The position numbers and the translations under genes were made by a program. From positions 100,229 through 164,228 of the forward strand of contig JAUCBJ010007242.1 in NCBI GenBank assembly GCA_032718475.1: 64,000 nucleotides of DNA. Direction: 5' to 3'. Source of the stretch: Nemertoderma westbladi (taxonomy: Eukaryota > Animalia > Xenacoelomorpha). The notes beneath the pieces were generated by a model, which was given only the letters and a program-made list of their open reading frames with translations, made no database searches and had not been told where the DNA came from. Each line of letters begins with the position of its first letter. The stretch's first letter is position 1. Shown in pieces: positions 58,928 to 64,000 of the stretch.

Positions 58928-59163
58928 AAAAAGTAAAGTAAAAGTAAAGTTTTCTCTGGTCTTCAGTTCAAGGTTTATGCACAAAAACTGTTACTATTTC
59001 ATCAACCAATTGAGGTTGATATCCAAGGCAGAAACTCGCCCAGCCTAGACCCTGTAAAGCATTCTAGCAGAAACGATAACTCATGATCCCCAAGCAGGGA
59101 TCGAACCCACGACCTACGCACTGATGTGAACTCAAGGTTACGGATTTACCCACTATGCCAAAG
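58928..59163 (-). mobile_element. tRNA-derived SINE
   Basis: Minus strand has A box TGGCATAGTGG, B box GGTTCGATCCC and a (CTTTA)n-type tail. Confidence 0.75.
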
Positions 59164-59717
59164 TGGAACTTAAATAATTTACTACTACTATTATTATAAT
59201 CGGTCTGATGCATAGACCCATGGAGATACTATTGCCATCTCTACAACTTTGAGCCACTACCATGCCATCCATAATAGGCAGGCTGTAGTGCAGCGTGCAT
59301 TAAGAATACTATGCCGGTTTCTCGACAAAATTACGCCGCCACAACTCCCTATCTATCCCCCATGACTTTCGCGAGATTATCCGAAACTTCAAGGCCGATG
59401 TCTGTTTGGAGATGTGTGCTGTGCATGATTGTACGTGACACTAGTACTTTTCTACTGGTATTTAATAAGTGCATTACTACTTAATTTCCTTCACTTAATG
59501 ACCTTCATACTGCACACTACATATTTTATAAGTACAGTAGTATATGGAAAATACTGCTCTTTTCTCACAAACACTTTCGCAGACTTTTTATTTCTCCGGA
59601 ATATAAAGACCAGTAATACTGCATATCCCGCACTTTCCCCCGCAATTAGGTATAGCCCCACCCAACTCATACGCGTCACGCGAGTCCGTCACGGTAGTTC
59701 GTCATGTGGACACGCCG

Positions 59718-59905
59718 CGCGTTAGGTGGACGCGTTAGTCGAACGGGTTAGGTGGACGCGTTAGTCGAACGGGTTAGGTGGACGCGATAGTAATTGGATA
59801 AATAACTCCCAGACAAAATAGTAACCATAGTTAGTGCATAGTAACCATAGTTACCACATAGTAACCATAGTTACCACATAGTAACCATAGTTACTACTAG
59901 TAACT
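59718..59905. repeat. Two short tandem arrays (26-bp GTTAGGTGGACGCGTTAGTCGAACGG; 20-bp ATAGTAACCATAGTTACCAC)
   Basis: Directly visible. Confidence 0.85.
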
Positions 59906-60097
59906 ACATAATAGCCTAATCGTAAATAATAAAACCGTGATTAAAATAGATTATTGTGTAATATTGTGGGAAAACGTGAAATTCTGATTCAAATAGGATT
60001 CATTTGAAAATTTAGATTTTTCCCACTATTTCGACTTCCTCTTATAAATTGTATTGTTTTTAAGTATTGTTTGGTTAAACATAACGTTTCTGTCAAA

Positions 60098-62824
60098 ATG
60101 TTGAAACTATTGGTATTTGCAACATTTGTAGTAGTTGGATTCAGTTTGAGGTGCAACAAGTCAAATGGGGGTACCGAAGAAGATTGTGATTTTTGCGCGG
60201 TATGTTGTCACAGTGCATGTTTTTAGCATATAAGCGTTACACATACAGTAGTTGCCACAAAGAAGGAGTAAGGCTCAATGTAGCGGTGCCATTAATTAGG
60301 TTTAGTCTATATGGTAATCCTACCCGTAATTAAACTTGCCAATTCCAGCCAGATAGCCTCGTAACATATAAGCTAAATAAACATGTTACCCATTCCAGTA
60401 CATTTGTGTTAAACCTTATTATTTTATGTTAAAATTAAAATAATAAATGTATTATTCTTTGACGAATGTATATGTGGGGCTGCGCATTAATAATGGAGTG
60501 ACATGCGGTCAAGTATAACGTATGTGTATTCAGATATTATAAGAAGAGCAAACCAAGCATTAGGCCTAGATGAAAAGGGCAGTACAGAATTCAGAAGGCA
60601 GTATAAGTACTGGAATACTATACATACTTACTTCCTGGTTTCCATAGGTTGCCAAGCAACGAAAGGCGTTGTTAAGCAACGATATAAACAACTGAGATTG
60701 TGGTATGAACTAAGTACGCCTAAAATAAACTGTCACCGCACAGCGGTGAAAAAAAAAAACGGTTTTCCTAGGCTGCCAAGCAACGGAAAGCGTTGCTAAG
60801 CGACGATATAAACAGATGAGTTTGTGGCATGAACTAAATAAATGGTTATGGTTACATAATTCGTATTATTGGGCCATGTAAAATGGAGTTGCGTTTAGGT
60901 ATAAATTGTCTACATGTATTATTTCGGGAAACCATAGTATTGAGGGGGTCGGACTGTGCGTCCGGAACGAGTGGCTGGTTTCGGCGGTTGGGTCGGGGTC
61001 TCGGGGGTTGGTGAAGCGATCTCGGCCCAGGTCGGGGGTGCTTCCGGGGGCGGAGTCGCTGGTTCCGGTACATTTAGGGGCGCGGTCGGCGGACTCGGAG
61101 TCGGTGTGGTGGCCCCTCCTTCCGAGGTGGTGCGGGGTCGGAGGAAGACTCGGTTGCGTCGGAGTACGCTGCCACTCTCCTGGCGGACCATGTAGTCGTG
61201 GTTCGGGAGCGCTTCGACGACTACGCCTTGGCCCGTCCAACGCTTGGTGATGGTATTCTGGACGAGGACAGGTGTCCCTATGGATATAACACGGAGGGGC
61301 CGAGTGCGGAGGTCGTAGGCCGCACGTAGGCTGCGTTTGGATTTTTCGGCGACCTCGTCCAGTTGTTGGAAGCTCCTCCTCCATTTGGGGTCGAATGAGG
61401 AGGAATGTGCCGGCAGGGCTTCCCGTATGTTGCGCCCATACAGTAGTTCTGCAGGCGAGCGCCCGCCGTATCGCGGAGTATTCCGAAACGCGAGTATACC
61501 TTGCGCGATTCCGTCGACATCGTGGTTGGTCCCTCGAACGATTCGTTTCATCGCTTTCACGGCGGCTTCGGCACGGCCGTTGGTGCGGGGGAGGTATGGG
61601 GACGATGGGTCGAAGTGGACCCCCCAGTTTTTAAGGAAGGTCCTCACCGCCTCTGAACCGAACTGGGGGCCGCCGTCGGGATGGAACTCCTGGGGGACGG
61701 CGGTAGCTAGAAATAGACGTCGGAGGTTCATGATGATGGCAGCCGAGGTTGTATCGGAACCAAGTCGGAACAAAGTGGGCCAACCGGTGTATTCGTCGGT
61801 AGCGACCATGTAGTTCGTGCTGTCCGCCACGAATAGGTCGGCGTGGACCCTTTGGAACGGCCGAGTGGCTTCGGGGTGTCGTTGGAGGGGTTCCGGTGCT
61901 TGGGACGGTAGTGACGACTGACAGGATTGACAGCTCTCGATGGTGACCGCAATGTCGTTCGAAATGGTCGGCCACCAGACCGACCGACTTGCGCGCTCAC
62001 GGGTCTTGTTTGGTGCTGTCAATCCTGTCAGTCGCCACAGAATACCATCACCAAGCGTTTGTTGGTTCCGCCGTCGATGTGCTGACCCAACCGGTTAATC
62101 ACGGTCTCCGAGTTCGCGTTTTCCGCTGCGGTAAGGGCGAGCCCCTTGACGACGGCGTTAGTTGCGCGAGAGAACGCTGTTGTGAGGGCAGCGCGGCGTA
62201 GACGGAGAGTGGATCGGTTGAGGTCTTCGGTTACAACGGCGACTGGAGGTGTAGCCGGGTCGGACACGTACAGGTTGAGAAGACCCGAGGTGGCGAGGAA
62301 GGCGTCCCATTCATCTTTCCATAGTTCCCAAGTTGTCCTTTCGGATTCGATGTCGAATGCGGGTGGGGAGCTGCGCAGGACGAAGATGTGGGGGTTGCGT
62401 GGGTCCGTCGCCATGTCGGGTGCGGTAGTTAAATGGACGTCGGTGGGTCCGGATTATCCGCGTGTTCAGAAACGCTGCGCCATGACGAATGTATATGTGG
62501 GGCTGCGCATTAATAATGGAGTGACATGCGGTCAAGTATAACGTATGTGTATTCAGATATTATAAGAAGAGCAAACCAAGCATTAGGCCTAGATGAAAAG
62601 GGCAGTACAGAATTCAGAAGGCAGTATAAGTACTGGAATACTATACATTCTTATTTCAGACTTTAAACATGAAAGATATAACACTGAAAGAATGTGTAAA
62701 AGAAGAGGGTGCAGTAGTGACAGATGTTCAATTACGTTGCCACCAAGCAGAAGAACAAATATGTAAGAAATATGGCGAAGATGACTGCGAACTCATTTGC
62801 TGCACTGAAGACCTTTGCAACTAA
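60098..62824 (+). CDS. Secreted Ly6/uPAR three-finger protein, 88 aa, join(60098..60199,62660..62824)
   Basis: Signal-like MLKLLVFATFVVVGFS-LRC. Donor GTATGT at 60200, acceptor TTTCAG ending at 62659, phase 0. Ten Cys, ending CCTEDLCN-stop. Confidence 0.8.
60919..62014 (-). pseudogene. Gypsy integrase lacking the N-terminal HH residues
   Basis: VWWP, CQSC, HADLF, PDGGPQF, NGRAE, FRNTP..SPAELL, RRNR, TRSGR.VRPP. Out of frame with gag. Confidence 0.9.
62028..62414 (-). pseudogene. Truncated gag N-terminus
   Basis: PPAFD...WELWKDEWDAFL..SGL, starting just after the PBS. Confidence 0.7.
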
Positions 62825-63339
62825 ATATATAATTATTTTAACTGAACTCTGTTCGCATGAGTACCGGTACTACTTGTGATAGGTGATGGATTTGTAAAGG
62901 AAAATAATCATATGATTAATTTCAATTCCCCATCAATATTTCAAACAATAATCAAATAGAATGAATGGCTAATTTTCTATTAATTAATTAGTAAAGTTTT
63001 TAGGTGACAATTTCTGTAAAAATGATACAAATTTTATTCATATCAGAAACTTAATAAAAAATTGTGTCGAGTTTCAGAAACTGAAACTAATTCGGAGAAA
63101 TTGTGATTGTGGTCTGGGATTAGGAGATTTACTGAATACATTTGAATACGAAAGGACATTATTATTCGAAATGAGATTGCTTCAGATTATGAGCCAAATA
63201 AAAAAAAATTTTAAGAGACAAAATTGCCGATTATTAACCTAATCGGCTAACTTAACCTAATCTCGGAAACAAAGAAACACAAGGAAACAAAGGAAACTTA
63301 TTTTCCCAAGCTGCACCTGCAGCTGATCACGATGAAACT

Positions 63340-63830
63340 CGATAAAATCATTCGTGGTAACGCAACTATAATTTTTGGTGCTTGTCTGTTGGGACGAGAA
63401 ATGCAAGAATCAAAAAATTTTATACCGCAAAAATCGAAATTGGTTGGATAATACGATATTTTTGAGTGTCATATTCGTGGTCAGCGTCCCAGAAAACCCA
63501 TAATATCTAAAAATCAGATTGATTGTAAAATTTGTGCTACTTGTATTTTTCGTGCCGCCCATTGACACATGCCAAAAATGGCAGGATCAACAATGAACGA
63601 TATATTTCAGTGTCATATTCGTAATCAGTATCCCAAAAAACCTAAGTGGTCATAAAATCAATTTGATTTTGTGGCGATTTTTCATTATCATAATTGCACT
63701 ACTTGTTTTTTTTCGTGCCCAACAGGGCACATTCAAAATGACCAAAAAATTTCTCGTATGTTATATTTGAGTTCTATAATCGTGATCAGTGTCCAAATAA
63801 CCGCTATATACCGCAAATAATTTAATTTTA
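63340..63830. repeat. Degenerate ~145-160-bp repeat, probably part of an element extending past the window
   Basis: TGTCATATTCGT..TCAG..TCCCA.AAAACC at ~63467 and ~63611, with weaker copies near 63347 and 63775. Confidence 0.5.
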
Positions 63831-64000
63831 GTGAGCTACATATAAAAACGATTGAAAATTTAACCACGAAAAATACTGTGAGTTGGGTGCTATCAGAAAG
63901 GGACCACAGCACGAGAACTAACATACCCATGTAAATGGCGTTTGCTCTGTTGGATCTAGCCCATTAACTTTTAGGAAAAGTCACGGAATCTCGGTTTTTC

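Larger units (their letters stand above)
60460..62647 (-). mobile_element. Internally deleted Gypsy element (2.2 kb)
   Basis: Identical 165-bp LTRs at 60460-60624 and 62483-62647. TSD TTCTT. PBS TGGCGCAGCG at 62473-62482 on the minus strand. Confidence 0.95.

Noticed and set aside
59090-59163. tRNA gene
   Set aside because: Has A and B boxes but no proper cloverleaf, and is followed by a body and simple-repeat tail typical of a SINE.
60852-62541. Multiple overlapping ORFs on both strands
   Set aside because: Shadow frames of GC-rich gag/integrase sequence.

Overview
AT-rich, repeat-dense eukaryotic (metazoan, probably marine invertebrate) DNA with no prokaryotic features. Host content is an intronless tektin-4-like gene with an upstream RFX X-box, a disabled intronless CYP2-clan P450, and a two-exon secreted Ly6/three-finger gene that the ORF track misses. 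The rest is nested mobile DNA whose ends and target-site duplications (TSDs) can be read directly: LINE fragments, a tRNA-SINE, many MITEs, an intact Gypsy element with 87-bp LTRs, a young BEL/Pao element lacking RT and integrase but carrying an extra Zn-knuckle ORF, and a deleted mini-Gypsy. The most unusual item is a 744-aa ORF fusing the C-terminal half of a Pif1-type helicase to a poxvirus-A22/Ydc2-type RuvC resolvase domain, followed by an apparent inactive copy of that domain. Repeat-copy comparisons also show TA expanding to TACCGGTA, TACATGTA or TACAGTA, which resemble transposon excision footprints. All family assignments are by-eye motif recognition; no searches were run.
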